64,000 nt of DNA from Chthoniobacteraceae bacterium (GTDB taxonomy: Bacteria > Verrucomicrobiota > Verrucomicrobiia > Chthoniobacterales > Chthoniobacteraceae), in the NCBI GenBank assembly GCA_037190965.1, contig JBBCKI010000064.1:1-64000 (forward strand), read 5' to 3'. Made by a program: the position numbers and the translations under genes. The notes beneath the pieces are model-generated. The model made no database searches and had not been told where the DNA came from. It saw only the letters and a list, made by a program, of their open reading frames with translations. Positions 38,291-47,799 of the stretch are shown piece after piece. The stretch's first letter is position 1. The number at the start of each line of letters is the position of its first letter.

Positions 38291-39816
38291 ATATTAACCT
38301 GCCCGTCGGAACTCCGCTTGATGTCGCGAATTTCGAAAGGGCGCATTTCGTCGCGAGAGAAATTTTCCTTCTCCTTGGGCGTGGCGGAGCCGGAGGGATA
38401 TTCGACAATGATGCGGGTCTGTTGCTGCTTGGTAACGCTGCCGATGACGTTGCCCAGAGTGCTGTTGGAGCGGAGCACCGCCCGGTTGTCGCGGGCGGCG
38501 GTGACCACGAAGTTGCCGCGAAGATAGAGGCGTTCTCCGCCCGTGCCGCGATCGGCAAGCTCAGCGGCGTCGGAAAGGCCCAGAAGACGGCCGCGCGGCA
38601 TTTGCCCGGGGGCATAGGTGCGCCAGGTGCCGCCGGAACTTCCGGCACCTGCCGGCGTGGCTGCCGACACCAGGAACGGCTGGAGAAGCGGTGACTTTGC
38701 CGGGGAGACGGCGGCGACTTCCGGGGTCGGAGCAGGTTCGACAGGGGCGGGAGTTACCGCGGGAGAGGCCTGGGCCACCGGGCGGTCGGGCACTTCAGGA
38801 ACCTCGGGGACAATCGCGGGCGGGTTCGCGGGAACGGGCGGCAGGGCCTGCGGTGGCTCGGACTGTGGTTCCGGCACAACGGCGACTGCCTTCGGCGGCG
38901 TTTCCTCGGTGGGAACGGCGGGAGTCTGCTTTGGAGTGGGGGTCGCCACTTGAACGATGGTGGTCTCAGCCGCCGGGACGGCGACAGGCACGGGGGCGGG
39001 TGCTCCCGGGCTCCCCGCGAGGCGGGCGTTCCGCGCTCTGACGGAATCCGCATAGACCTTCAGGCAATCTTCCATCAACTGCCCGCGCACGACGGGAAGC
39101 CCGCCCGCGGGGTTGAGGATGGGCGGCGGCTCGAGGCTGAAAGAGCCGCTCCCTTGTTTGAGGGCGTAAGCTCCGTAAAGGAGTGGGACAACGGTGAATT
39201 GAAGCCGCCCGTCCGCCATCCGTTCCACATGAATCACGGCGGCGAGGTCGGTCATCTTCTCCAGTTTGATGTCGAGCCCTGCGGCGAGCATCTGTCCCAG
39301 GATGGGAACCGATTTGGCGGGTGCCGTATAGATGTGTTCAATGACAACCTGCGGGAAATCGACTGACTGAGCCACCGCGACCACGCCCGACTTGAAGAAA
39401 TTCTCTTCCTTCAGGTCGTAGGACTGCATGATCGTATAACGACCCGTCAAATACGGAACCAGGCGTTTGGTGCTCTTGAAGTTATTGATGTAGTCACGGA
39501 GCAGCCCTTCGTTTTCGCGGTTCAGCTCGAAACGCGACATCGCGCTGTAGCGCTCAAAAGCCTTTTGCGGGGTGAGGAATTCGCCCGGAGGGGCCGCGGT
39601 CAGTTCGTACCGCTCAGGCGGCGTGAGTTTGCCGAGTTTTTGCAGGAGGCGGTAGCTCTCCGGTTTTTCCGGGTGGCCGAAGATGTAGAAAGAGCCCAGC
39701 CAGGTCGCCAGAGCGAGCCCGATCAGGATCAGGATGCCGACGGTCCAAAGAAAGAGATTGTCCCGCCCCGGCGGCGGTTCGTCGTAGTCGTGATGCCCGA
39801 AGAGATCGTCGTTCAT
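38260..39816 (-). CDS. Membrane-anchored hypothetical protein with Pro/Ala-rich linker
   Basis: 518-aa ORF; N-terminal transmembrane segment; two globular regions. Confidence 0.75.
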   Translation of the reverse strand: MNDDLFGHHDYDEPPPGRDNLFLWTVGILILIGLALATWLGSFYIFGHPEKPESYRLLQKLGKLTPPERYELTAAPPGEFLTPQKAFERYSAMSRFELNRENEGLLRDYINNFKSTKRLVPYLTGRYTIMQSYDLKEENFFKSGVVAVAQSVDFPQVVIEHIYTAPAKSVPILGQMLAAGLDIKLEKMTDLAAVIHVERMADGRLQFTVVPLLYGAYALKQGSGSFSLEPPPILNPAGGLPVVRGQLMEDCLKVYADSVRARNARLAGSPGAPAPVPVAVPAAETTIVQVATPTPKQTPAVPTEETPPKAVAVVPEPQSEPPQALPPVPANPPAIVPEVPEVPDRPVAQASPAVTPAPVEPAPTPEVAAVSPAKSPLLQPFLVSAATPAGAGSSGGTWRTYAPGQMPRGRLLGLSDAAELADRGTGGERLYLRGNFVVTAARDNRAVLRSNSTLGNVIGSVTKQQQTRIIVEYPSGSATPKEKENFSRDEMRPFEIRDIKRSSDGQVNIYVREVTTNP

Positions 39817-39891
39817 GAAGCGGTGTGGCTTGGCTTACCTGGCTTGGGACCTGGCTTGGAACGGGTGGGCGGAGACGGTATTCAGGTTATC

Positions 39892-40245
39892 TCAGGCGTG
39901 GTGATGTTTCGTTTCGTCCGTCTTGGAGGATTCGAAAGAAGTGCCGCATCCGCAGGATCGAGTGGCATTCGGGTTTCGGATGCGAAAACCTGCGCCTGCC
40001 AGTTCATCGGTGAAGTCGATGGTCGAGCCGCTCAGGTATTTCATGCTAAAGGTGTCCACGAGGACGCGGGCGTTCTCGCGCTCAATGATTTCATCGCCCT
40101 CTTTTGGGTGGTCGAGCACCATCCCATACTGCATTCCGGCGCACCCTCCCGCCTCCACAAATATGCGAAGCCCCTTGCCTTCGCCGGGGGCATCGGCAAG
40201 TAGAACCTGAAGTTGTTTGACGGCGGAGTCGGTGACAGTGATCAT
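39892..40245 (-). CDS. HesB/IscA/ErpA Fe-S carrier protein
   Basis: GGCAGMQY and NPNA..SCGCGTSF. Confidence 0.93.
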   Translation of the reverse strand: MITVTDSAVKQLQVLLADAPGEGKGLRIFVEAGGCAGMQYGMVLDHPKEGDEIIERENARVLVDTFSMKYLSGSTIDFTDELAGAGFRIRNPNATRSCGCGTSFESSKTDETKHHHA

Positions 40246-40358
40246 TTCGCTCCTGAAATCTTACCGATTTGCATGATCGAAGTCAAACTACGCTCCCAAT
40301 CTCCCGGCACGCGGTTTTTCCGCGACTTCCTGCGTACCTGTAAATCGGTCTTCCCCCG

Positions 40359-42278
40359 ATGAGCCGCATCCATCTGCTTTCTGACGAGGTGGCCAGCCAG
40401 GTCGCGGCGGGCGAGGTGGTGGAACGCCCCGCGTCGGTGGTCAAGGAGCTGGTGGAAAACGCGATCGACGCCCAGGCTCGGCACATCGAGGTATTGGTAC
40501 GGCGGGGCGGGATCTCACTCATTCGCGTGGTTGATGACGGGGTGGGGATGGACCGGGATGACGCGCTCCTTTGCATGGAGCGCCATGCCACCAGCAAGAT
40601 TCGCAAGGGGACCGACCTCTCGGAAATCCGCACGCTCGGGTTCCGTGGGGAAGCGTTGCCGAGCATCGCGAGCGTCTCCCGTTTTCGGCTTTCCACGCGC
40701 GAACACGGCGCCGTCGCGGGTACGGAGTTGATGATCACCGGCGGCAAGATCGATTACGTGCGCGACGGCGGGGAAGCCCCGGGAACTCAGATCGAGGTGC
40801 GCTCGCTCTTTTTCAATCTCCCCGCGCGCCGGAAGTTTTTGCGGACGGAGAACACGGAGATGAGCCACGTGGAGCAGCAGCTTGCGCTGCAAGCCCTGGG
40901 GCATCCCGAGATCGGCTTCGTTTTCAGGACCGACCAGCGATTGATCTTTCAGCTTCCTCCGACCGCCTCGCTGCGCGACCGCATTCGCGATCTTTGGGGG
41001 GCGACGCTGGCCGATGAGCTTCTGGAGATCCCCGAGGTGCCTCTGCACGGCATCAAAGTGCATGGATTTTTGGGCAGGCCGGGGATCAGCCGTTCAACCC
41101 GGGCTCAACAGTTGGTTTTCGTCAACGGTCGGGCGGTGGAAAACAGCACGCTCAACTATGGGCTGCGCGAGGGTTACCACACGACGTTGATGAAGGGGCA
41201 GTTCCCCGTGACGTTTCTGTTCGTGGAGGTTGAGCCCTCGGCGGTCGATGTCAACGTTCACCCGGCCAAACGCGAAGTCCGTTTTCGCGATCCTTCAAGC
41301 ATCAGGGAGGCGGTGGTCGAGGTAGTCAAGCGGACGCTGGAGACCGACCGGGAACGGTGGAGCGCCAGTTTCGCCGCGCCGGGGATCGACGTCCGGATGC
41401 CGGAGTCCGCACAGGATCCCCAGCCCATACGGGAGCCGGTGCCGGAACGGCCTGCCGAAACGCCGCGTTTTCCTCAAACGGCATCTTTGGGGTTGGGGTT
41501 CGAGCGCACCCCTCAATTTCCTCAATCACCGGCTGCCCCTTTGCATTCCGGGAGCATCCCCGAGGAACAGCGGGCCGATGGGCGGCTTGCGGAGCTTCCG
41601 CTGGAGCAGGAGAACTTCACGCCGCGCGCGGTGGTCAAGCCCGCAGCCCCGCTATCGGTCTCGGGATTTGCCATTCCGGGCGATTCCGACGCGGAGGAGA
41701 AGCCGTTCCGACTGCTCGGGGTGATTGGCAATCTTTACGTGGTCATGGAGAACGCCACCGGCCTGGTGCTGGTGGATCAACACGCCGCGCATGAGAGGAT
41801 CCTGTTCGAGGAACTCCGGCGCCGCATGGAGCAAACGGGCGTTCCATGCCAGCGTCTCCTGATGCCGGTGACATTGGAGCTTGGCCCGCGCGACAGCGAC
41901 TGGGTGGCGCAAAATCTGGAGACGCTCCAGAAGATGGGGATCGGCATGGAATCGTTCGGGGCGGGAACCTGGAAGCTCGACAGCCTGCCGCAGTTTGTCC
42001 GGCCTTCGGACCCGCTGACGCTGCTGCGGGAGGTGATCGACGAACTCCGAGCCGTCAGTTCGCAGACCTCCAAGCTTCGCCTGGGAGAAGATGTCATCGC
42101 CAAGACGGTCTGCCGCGCTGCCGTAAAAGCCAATGACATCCTCCGCGAGCCGGAGTTGGTGAGGCTGATTCTCGACCTGCTCGCCTGTGAGCTTCCTTAT
42201 TGCTGTCCGCACGGCCGCCCCACGATGATCCAAATTTCTTATGGTGAACTGGAGAAAAAGTTTGGCCGCAAGGTGTAA
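40359..42278 (+). CDS. mutL: DNA mismatch repair protein
   Basis: AAGEVVERPASVVKEL.EN, GFRGEAL.SI, DVNVHPAK.EV, DQHAAHER, CPHGRP. Confidence 0.97.
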   Translation: MSRIHLLSDEVASQVAAGEVVERPASVVKELVENAIDAQARHIEVLVRRGGISLIRVVDDGVGMDRDDALLCMERHATSKIRKGTDLSEIRTLGFRGEALPSIASVSRFRLSTREHGAVAGTELMITGGKIDYVRDGGEAPGTQIEVRSLFFNLPARRKFLRTENTEMSHVEQQLALQALGHPEIGFVFRTDQRLIFQLPPTASLRDRIRDLWGATLADELLEIPEVPLHGIKVHGFLGRPGISRSTRAQQLVFVNGRAVENSTLNYGLREGYHTTLMKGQFPVTFLFVEVEPSAVDVNVHPAKREVRFRDPSSIREAVVEVVKRTLETDRERWSASFAAPGIDVRMPESAQDPQPIREPVPERPAETPRFPQTASLGLGFERTPQFPQSPAAPLHSGSIPEEQRADGRLAELPLEQENFTPRAVVKPAAPLSVSGFAIPGDSDAEEKPFRLLGVIGNLYVVMENATGLVLVDQHAAHERILFEELRRRMEQTGVPCQRLLMPVTLELGPRDSDWVAQNLETLQKMGIGMESFGAGTWKLDSLPQFVRPSDPLTLLREVIDELRAVSSQTSKLRLGEDVIAKTVCRAAVKANDILREPELVRLILDLLACELPYCCPHGRPTMIQISYGELEKKFGRKV

Positions 42279-42392
42279 AACGTCTATCGGAACGCGATAA
42301 AACAACATTCCAACGTTCGGGGAAAGACCCACGGGGTCAACGTGCCGCCGCCTGATTGCGGGCGCTGGCCGGGCCGCTATTCTCGCGGCAGG

Positions 42393-43796
42393 ATGACTTT
42401 CGATAAAATTCTGATTGTCGACGACGAGGCTTCCATTCACCGGCTTCTGGAGCACCACCTCCGGCGGCAGCATTACCAGGTTTCCATCGCGACTACGCTG
42501 GCCGAGGCGGAGGATCTTTCCAAACAGGAGCGTTTCGACTTGGTGCTCCTGGATCTTTGTCTCCCCGACGGGGACGGGCTGGAGTTTTTGAAATGCAAGG
42601 CGCAGGAGGCGTCGGCTCCCGCGATTGTGGTGATGAGCGGCTACAGCAGCATGGAGACCGCAATCCGCTGCATCCGCGCCGGTGCCATCGATTACCTCGT
42701 GAAACCGTTCTCCCTGGAGGAATTGCAACTCGTGGTTCATCGGGCCGAATCGAGGGCCGAATCGTTGAGGCAGAAACATCCACGCACCGACATTGCAGCG
42801 CAGGAATCGGGCTGCGGTGGGCGTGTTTTCGGGGATTCTCCCGCCATGGCCGCCTTGCAGGCGATGGTGATGAAGGTCGCGCCGACGGATACGCCGGTCC
42901 TCATTACCGGAGAGAGCGGGGTGGGGAAGGACAAGGTGGCCGAGGTCGTTCACCGCGCCAGCGCGAGATCCGGGGGCCCCTTGATCAAGCTGAACTGTGG
43001 CGCCGGGCGCGAGGACCAGATCGAGAAGGAGCTTTTTGGGTGCGAAGCCGCCGCTGGGAGCCTGGAGCTTGCCCAGGGGGGCACATTGTTGCTCGAGGAA
43101 ATTTCCGAACTGCCGCCGCGCGCCCAAGTCAAAATGCTGCGTGTGTTGCAACAACGGCAGTTCGAGCGAATCGGTGACGCAGCGCCAAGGGCGGTCGATA
43201 TCCGGCTCATCGCCACGACCCAGCGAGATCTCGAGACCTGTGTCGCAAAGGGAGCGTTTCGTCAGGATCTCGCTTTCCGGCTCAATGTGCTTCCGCTGCA
43301 CGTGCTGCCGTTGCGCGAGCGGATTACCGATTTGCCGATGCTCGTGACCCATTGGGCGGAGGCCTACGGACGTCGCAACGGTTTGACCCTCGGAGGATTC
43401 AGCGACGACGCCCTGCGGTGTCTGATGGCTTATTCGTGGCCGGGGAATTTGCGCGAGTTGGAGAACGCGTTGGAACGGGCGGTGATTCTGACCGGTTTTC
43501 ACCAGCGGGTGGAGGCGTCGGCGTTCGATTTCCTCAGCCGGCCTGCATCAGTTCCCCCCGTGACGGTTCCACTGCCGGATGAACCTCTTCTGACTCTCGA
43601 TCAACTGGAGCGGCAGCATGTGTTTCGCGCTCTGGAGTACACCAAACAGAACCGGACAAGAGCGGCGGGGTTGCTCAAGATCAGCGTGAGAACCCTCCGC
43701 AACAAGCTGCATCAATACCGCAACGAGGATTCTGCAGTCTCCTGCCTGCAAAGCCACCTCGCGATCGTCGCGCCCGGTGTCGTGGACAGGAGATAG
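42393..43796 (+). CDS. NtrC/FlbD-like response regulator (REC-AAA+-Fis) lacking GAFTGA
   Basis: ILIVDDE, DL.LPD, GESGVGK, FRQDL.FRLNV, WPGNLREL, ISVRTLRNKL. Confidence 0.9.
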   Translation: MTFDKILIVDDEASIHRLLEHHLRRQHYQVSIATTLAEAEDLSKQERFDLVLLDLCLPDGDGLEFLKCKAQEASAPAIVVMSGYSSMETAIRCIRAGAIDYLVKPFSLEELQLVVHRAESRAESLRQKHPRTDIAAQESGCGGRVFGDSPAMAALQAMVMKVAPTDTPVLITGESGVGKDKVAEVVHRASARSGGPLIKLNCGAGREDQIEKELFGCEAAAGSLELAQGGTLLLEEISELPPRAQVKMLRVLQQRQFERIGDAAPRAVDIRLIATTQRDLETCVAKGAFRQDLAFRLNVLPLHVLPLRERITDLPMLVTHWAEAYGRRNGLTLGGFSDDALRCLMAYSWPGNLRELENALERAVILTGFHQRVEASAFDFLSRPASVPPVTVPLPDEPLLTLDQLERQHVFRALEYTKQNRTRAAGLLKISVRTLRNKLHQYRNEDSAVSCLQSHLAIVAPGVVDRR

Positions 43797-44176
43797 ACTG
43801 AATCTTCCCGAAACAACGCAACGGCGGCGTCATTTCTCCCTCGAAAGCCGCTTTCATGCACCGGATCCGGTGCAATCTCGTCATTTTTAGGCCGGCTTGG
43901 GGTGTAACTGAGATTGTATTACTTTGTTAAATAACTGTTGGTTATCTTGGGGCATTCCGTTTCGTAGAAAGGGCCCGGAGTTTTTCAAAATGGCTTGACT
44001 CAATCGTTTTCTTGAAATTGCGAGCTTGCCCCCGGGCTCAATTTCACGGCATATGCAGCCCTCTTGTTTATGCTGAATTTTTTCAAGATGCTCCGTCGGG
44101 GCCAGTCGTTTGGCATAGGCAGGTTTAAAAGTCGATTGCGTCGGTCAGAAGCCGTGCCATCGTAGAGAACAAAAAC

Positions 44177-44386
44177 ATGCTAGTCCTATCACGCAAAGTG
44201 GGAGAAACGATCATGATCGGTGATAACATCGAGATCATGGTCACTCGGATTGAACGAGATACCGTCCGTATCAGGATCAGTGCCCCCCGGGAGATCCCGA
44301 TTTTTCGTGGAGAGCTTTATCGTGAGATCAAGCGAACCGCGGAAGAAGGTGCAGGCGCTCCGCCGCTCGACCTACCTGAGGCATAA
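44177..44386 (+). CDS. csrA: Carbon storage regulator CsrA
   Basis: [20 protein letters not shown]...[16 protein letters not shown]. Confidence 0.93.
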   Translation: MLVLSRKVGETIMIGDNIEIMVTRIERDTVRIRISAPREIPIFRGELYREIKRTAEEGAGAPPLDLPEA

Positions 44387-44459
44387 CCCAGGGATCCGCA
44401 GGGGGAGAACCCATGCGAGGAGGCCGGGTGCCATCTTTCTGATCCAGCAACCATTCAAG

Positions 44460-44502
44460 AGACGGTTCGCACTCTTTTGAGGGGGGCGAACCGTCTTTTT
44501 TG
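44460..44502 (+). terminator. Rho-independent terminator after csrA
   Basis: agacggttcgc...gcgaaccgtct followed by a T tract. Confidence 0.8.
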
Positions 44503-44664
44503 AAAAGCCCTCTGATGAGGTGCGGCTTGGGGACGAGGAGTACGCAACGGATGCTTGAACTGGCACAGTTGACGCGCCTTCCTGCCGACCGGTTTGGAAT
44601 TCAGCGCCGCCAGTACTGCGGCAGGCGCTTGCTTGGGCGCCACGCCGCTCCCACGACAATCCGA

Positions 44665-44688
44665 CGGGGGCGGAGCTCCGCGACGCCG
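44665..44688. repeat. Family A REP arm (single; partner degenerate)
   Basis: cgggggcggagctccgcgacgccg. Confidence 0.75.
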
Positions 44689-44714
44689 CCCTGTGGAGTT
44701 GGCTGACGAAGGTA

Positions 44715-46427
44715 TCAGACCTCTTCCGGAGAGCCCTCTGCCGCAGCCGGAGTTTCCTGATTCTGACTTTCCTTAGCCGCTGGTAGTTCTTCGGCCACTG
44801 GCGCCAATTCGGCAGTCGGAAGCGCTTCCACATCAGGCTCGGGAGCCGCTTGAGCCTCCTGAGTCGCTTCAACCGCCGCGGAAGGCTTTGCTTCTGCCGG
44901 GGCCGACGCAGTCGCGGCTGAGGTTTCCGCAGAGAGGTCCTTGGGAGTCAGCGGGAGATCAAGGGTGCCATCGTGGAATTCGATGACGTGGCCCGAGGTG
45001 ATCAACCAGTGGAGATCAGAGGCAAGACTCGTTTTGAGTTTCTGGAAATCGGGCTCTGCTTCGTGCGGCTTGAGCAGGTGGTTGGAGATGTCGGCTCGGG
45101 TGCATTTCGGCGAGGTCTCGATGACGTTGAGAATGCCCGCAATATGTTCGGAGACATTTCTCGCTTCCGATCCGAACCGGACGGGGCGGACAGTGGAGAC
45201 GAAAAGGATCCGCTTGCGATGTTTCCAGATATGCAGGCCGTTCTCCGTGAAGTGCGGGCGTATCTGGTTGACGATTTGCGCCGGGAAGCCGCGTTCCTTC
45301 TCCCACGCCGCGCGGATGGCGTCGCGGATCACGCGGTCGTTCACATTGCGGCTGGCGGTCCCGCTGATCTCGACGCTCTTCTGGCCTTTCACTTCTTTCT
45401 CGAGATAGTTGGCGCGGAAGTGTGCTTCCACTTCAGCAAGCGTCTTGAACTCCACGGGCACCTCTTCCTTCAGGGTGCGGTAAAGGGTGGTGGAACTCGC
45501 CTCGGTCTTCCATTGCTCGATGGCCGCCGGGTCGTTGACGACCTCGATTTGCCGAAGGAAATCGTTGAAGTCCATGCGGCGGCTGAACCGGGCTTCAAAG
45601 AGGCGGCGTAGCGCGAGCTGGTAGCCGTGGTGATTGGTGGGCCCCAGCAGGACGCCGCTGAAGCGGCATCGGGCGACATTGGTGTAGTTTCCCTTTGGTG
45701 GGTCATTCTGGATGACCTCTTCGCAGTAGAAGGTTCCCTTGAGGGTGCGGAAGGCGTCGCGCTCGGCGTGGGCGCGGTTCAGGGAAACCGGGCCGCCTTC
45801 GCCGGTCTGATAGACGGGGCAGGCGGGCGCGTTGGAGGTGATGCGAACGCGATGCCGCTCCGGCTTGTTGAGGAACATTCTCCCCAGGCTGTAGAGCGGA
45901 TAAGCGCGGTGGTTCGACTTGATCTGCTGCGAAAGCGCGCCGATTCCTTCGGGTTCCGGAATGAAATCGATTTGAAGCGGGATGTTCGGCGTCGGGGCCG
46001 CTGGAGCCGCGTCGGCTGCTTGCGGACGCGGTTTGTCGAAACGGCGTTCGCCCCGTGGGTTGTTGCGGTTGTCCTGTCCAGGTCGATTAGGATGATTGGG
46101 ACGGTTAGGATGATTAGGGCCGCCGCTTTTGCCCTGATTTCCCCGATTGCCTTGATTGGGCCTGGGCTGGCCCTGTTGCCCATGTTGACCTTGGGGGCCA
46201 CGCCCGGGGCCTCCGGGCCGCCGGTTGTTATCGCGATTTCCAGGGCCACCGGGGCGTCCGCCTCCTCCGGGACCACTTGAGCGTCCGCGACTGCCACGGT
46301 CAAAGTCGCGTCGAGGATAGCGGCCAGCCGTCTCCCCTTCAAAATTCGCGTACGGATTGGTGCCGGCTGGTTCTTTGAGCCAGTCGGGCAAAAATTTCAA
46401 ATCGAGGTCAGGAGGCAGGTCGCTCAT
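44715..46427 (-). CDS. Hypothetical protein with R/G/N/P-rich low-complexity N-terminus and acidic tail
   Basis: 570-aa ORF with GGAAGA RBS; ordered core from about residue 150 to 495. Confidence 0.8.
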   Translation of the reverse strand: MSDLPPDLDLKFLPDWLKEPAGTNPYANFEGETAGRYPRRDFDRGSRGRSSGPGGGGRPGGPGNRDNNRRPGGPGRGPQGQHGQQGQPRPNQGNRGNQGKSGGPNHPNRPNHPNRPGQDNRNNPRGERRFDKPRPQAADAAPAAPTPNIPLQIDFIPEPEGIGALSQQIKSNHRAYPLYSLGRMFLNKPERHRVRITSNAPACPVYQTGEGGPVSLNRAHAERDAFRTLKGTFYCEEVIQNDPPKGNYTNVARCRFSGVLLGPTNHHGYQLALRRLFEARFSRRMDFNDFLRQIEVVNDPAAIEQWKTEASSTTLYRTLKEEVPVEFKTLAEVEAHFRANYLEKEVKGQKSVEISGTASRNVNDRVIRDAIRAAWEKERGFPAQIVNQIRPHFTENGLHIWKHRKRILFVSTVRPVRFGSEARNVSEHIAGILNVIETSPKCTRADISNHLLKPHEAEPDFQKLKTSLASDLHWLITSGHVIEFHDGTLDLPLTPKDLSAETSAATASAPAEAKPSAAVEATQEAQAAPEPDVEALPTAELAPVAEELPAAKESQNQETPAAAEGSPEEV

Positions 46428-46559
46428 GTTCTTCCAGGCGGGTTTAAACGGCTACACTACGGCAACGCAGGCTCGGGCTCAACAGCGATTCGTCCTGAAA
46501 TACGTCTTTTGTCATCTTTCTTTGTTTCGAGAAAAACACTCTAATTCGCGATTCTTAGT

Positions 46560-46732
46560 TATAGCGTCTCTCAAAATCCTTTCCGGCGGCACTGGGGCGG
46601 CGCGGCCTCTGGCGCGGCGTCGCCAAGCTTGGGTAGGGGCACTGCGGCCCCCAACCACTGCACTTTTCTCCTTGCTCCAGAAGCCACGGCGCTCCCATTG
46701 CCTTTCGGAAATTATTTTCGAGAAACGCTATA
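46560..46732. repeat. ~173-nt rod-like palindromic element with TATA ends
   Basis: tatagcgtctctcaaaat...attttcgagaaacgctata terminal inverted repeat plus nested inner stems. Confidence 0.75.
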
Positions 46733-46817
46733 GAGTGCAAAATCTTTGTTGCCAAAGGAGCCCGTGCTCATTAGTGCTTTCCGCACAAAATCCAACCAAA
46801 ACCAGGACACCCCTATT

Positions 46818-47060
46818 ATGGCAGAGAAAAGCATCGAAGAAAAAGTCAAAGACATCATCGTTGAGCAGCTCGGCGTGAACCCGGAGCAGGTCACGACCAG
46901 CGCTTCGTTCATCGAAGATCTCGGCGCCGACTCGCTCGACACCGTGGAGCTCGTGATGGCGTTTGAAGAAGAATTCTCCGTCGAGGTCCCCGATGAGGAC
47001 GCCGAGAAGCTCCAGACGGTGGGTGACGTGGTCAAGTACATCGAAGACAAGGCCAAGTAA
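46818..47060 (+). CDS. acpP: Acyl carrier protein
   Basis: [20 protein letters not shown]. Confidence 0.97.
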   Translation: MAEKSIEEKVKDIIVEQLGVNPEQVTTSASFIEDLGADSLDTVELVMAFEEEFSVEVPDEDAEKLQTVGDVVKYIEDKAK

Positions 47061-47147
47061 GGCCTCGGTCTTAATCGGAATCTCAGGCAAAGGCTGGGGC
47101 GGCAAGCCCCGCAACGCACATTTTTCGCGGAGAATCACTCCGCGACC

Positions 47148-47182
47148 AAAAGACCACGGGTTCACCCCGTGGTCTTTTTTTT
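47148..47182 (+). terminator. Rho-independent terminator after acpP
   Basis: aaaagaccacggg-ttca-cccgtggtctttttttt. Confidence 0.85.
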
Positions 47183-47235
47183 GCCTTCACGATGTGTGGT
47201 AAAAGAAGCGCTGGCAGGCGGCCGGAGAGTCCCGT

Positions 47236-47775
47236 ATGTTCCCTTTCGCGATGATCAGCGAAGACAGTTTTCAGTATGCCATTGAGAATACGAAGGTGGT
47301 GCTTGCCCCCGACCGGCGTATCGAAACCTTTGGCAGCACGAATTTCCGGTTTCATCTTGTTACCGAATTGATGGATCGTGCCGGAGTGGTACGGGTGCGG
47401 GATGGGAAGATCGAGGCGGATCGGCCGCAGATCATCGCGCCCGGGCATTACTCCCGGCTCATGCTGGAGGGTTTCGGCGAGCAGGCCCGCAATTTCGCCG
47501 AGTGGCTGGAAAGCCGCCCCGAAAAGATGGCTTTTCTGAAGTACGGCTTCCAGTTCCGCAAGCGGGACGTGGTCGAAAACGTCGTCCACGGCGGGGTGGA
47601 AGAGGTGGTCGACCGGATCAAGTCGGGAATCGGCAAGGCGGAAGAGCCGCTGAGTGCGATTATTTTAGGGGTGGATGACGCTTGGGAGGTCTGTCTTCTC
47701 AAGTTCACCATCGACCTCATCCAGCAGTCCGCCGGAGGAAATATGAACGATTTCCGGCAGCGAGGTCTGCTGTAA
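47236..47775 (+). CDS. Conserved hypothetical protein
   Basis: 179-aa ORF, first gene of a run ending in accA. Confidence 0.75.
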   Translation: MFPFAMISEDSFQYAIENTKVVLAPDRRIETFGSTNFRFHLVTELMDRAGVVRVRDGKIEADRPQIIAPGHYSRLMLEGFGEQARNFAEWLESRPEKMAFLKYGFQFRKRDVVENVVHGGVEEVVDRIKSGIGKAEEPLSAIILGVDDAWEVCLLKFTIDLIQQSAGGNMNDFRQRGLL

Positions 47776-47799
47776 GCCGCAGAGCGTGAACTCGTTGCC

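Noticed and set aside
39826..39859. TGGCTTGG repeated three times between iscA and the downstream gene
   Set aside because: Short, unevenly spaced and not seen elsewhere; not CRISPR-like.
44111..44160. Possible sigma54 promoters (TGGCAT at 44111; TGGCACG on the minus strand near 44158)
   Set aside because: Neither has the -12 GC at the required spacing.
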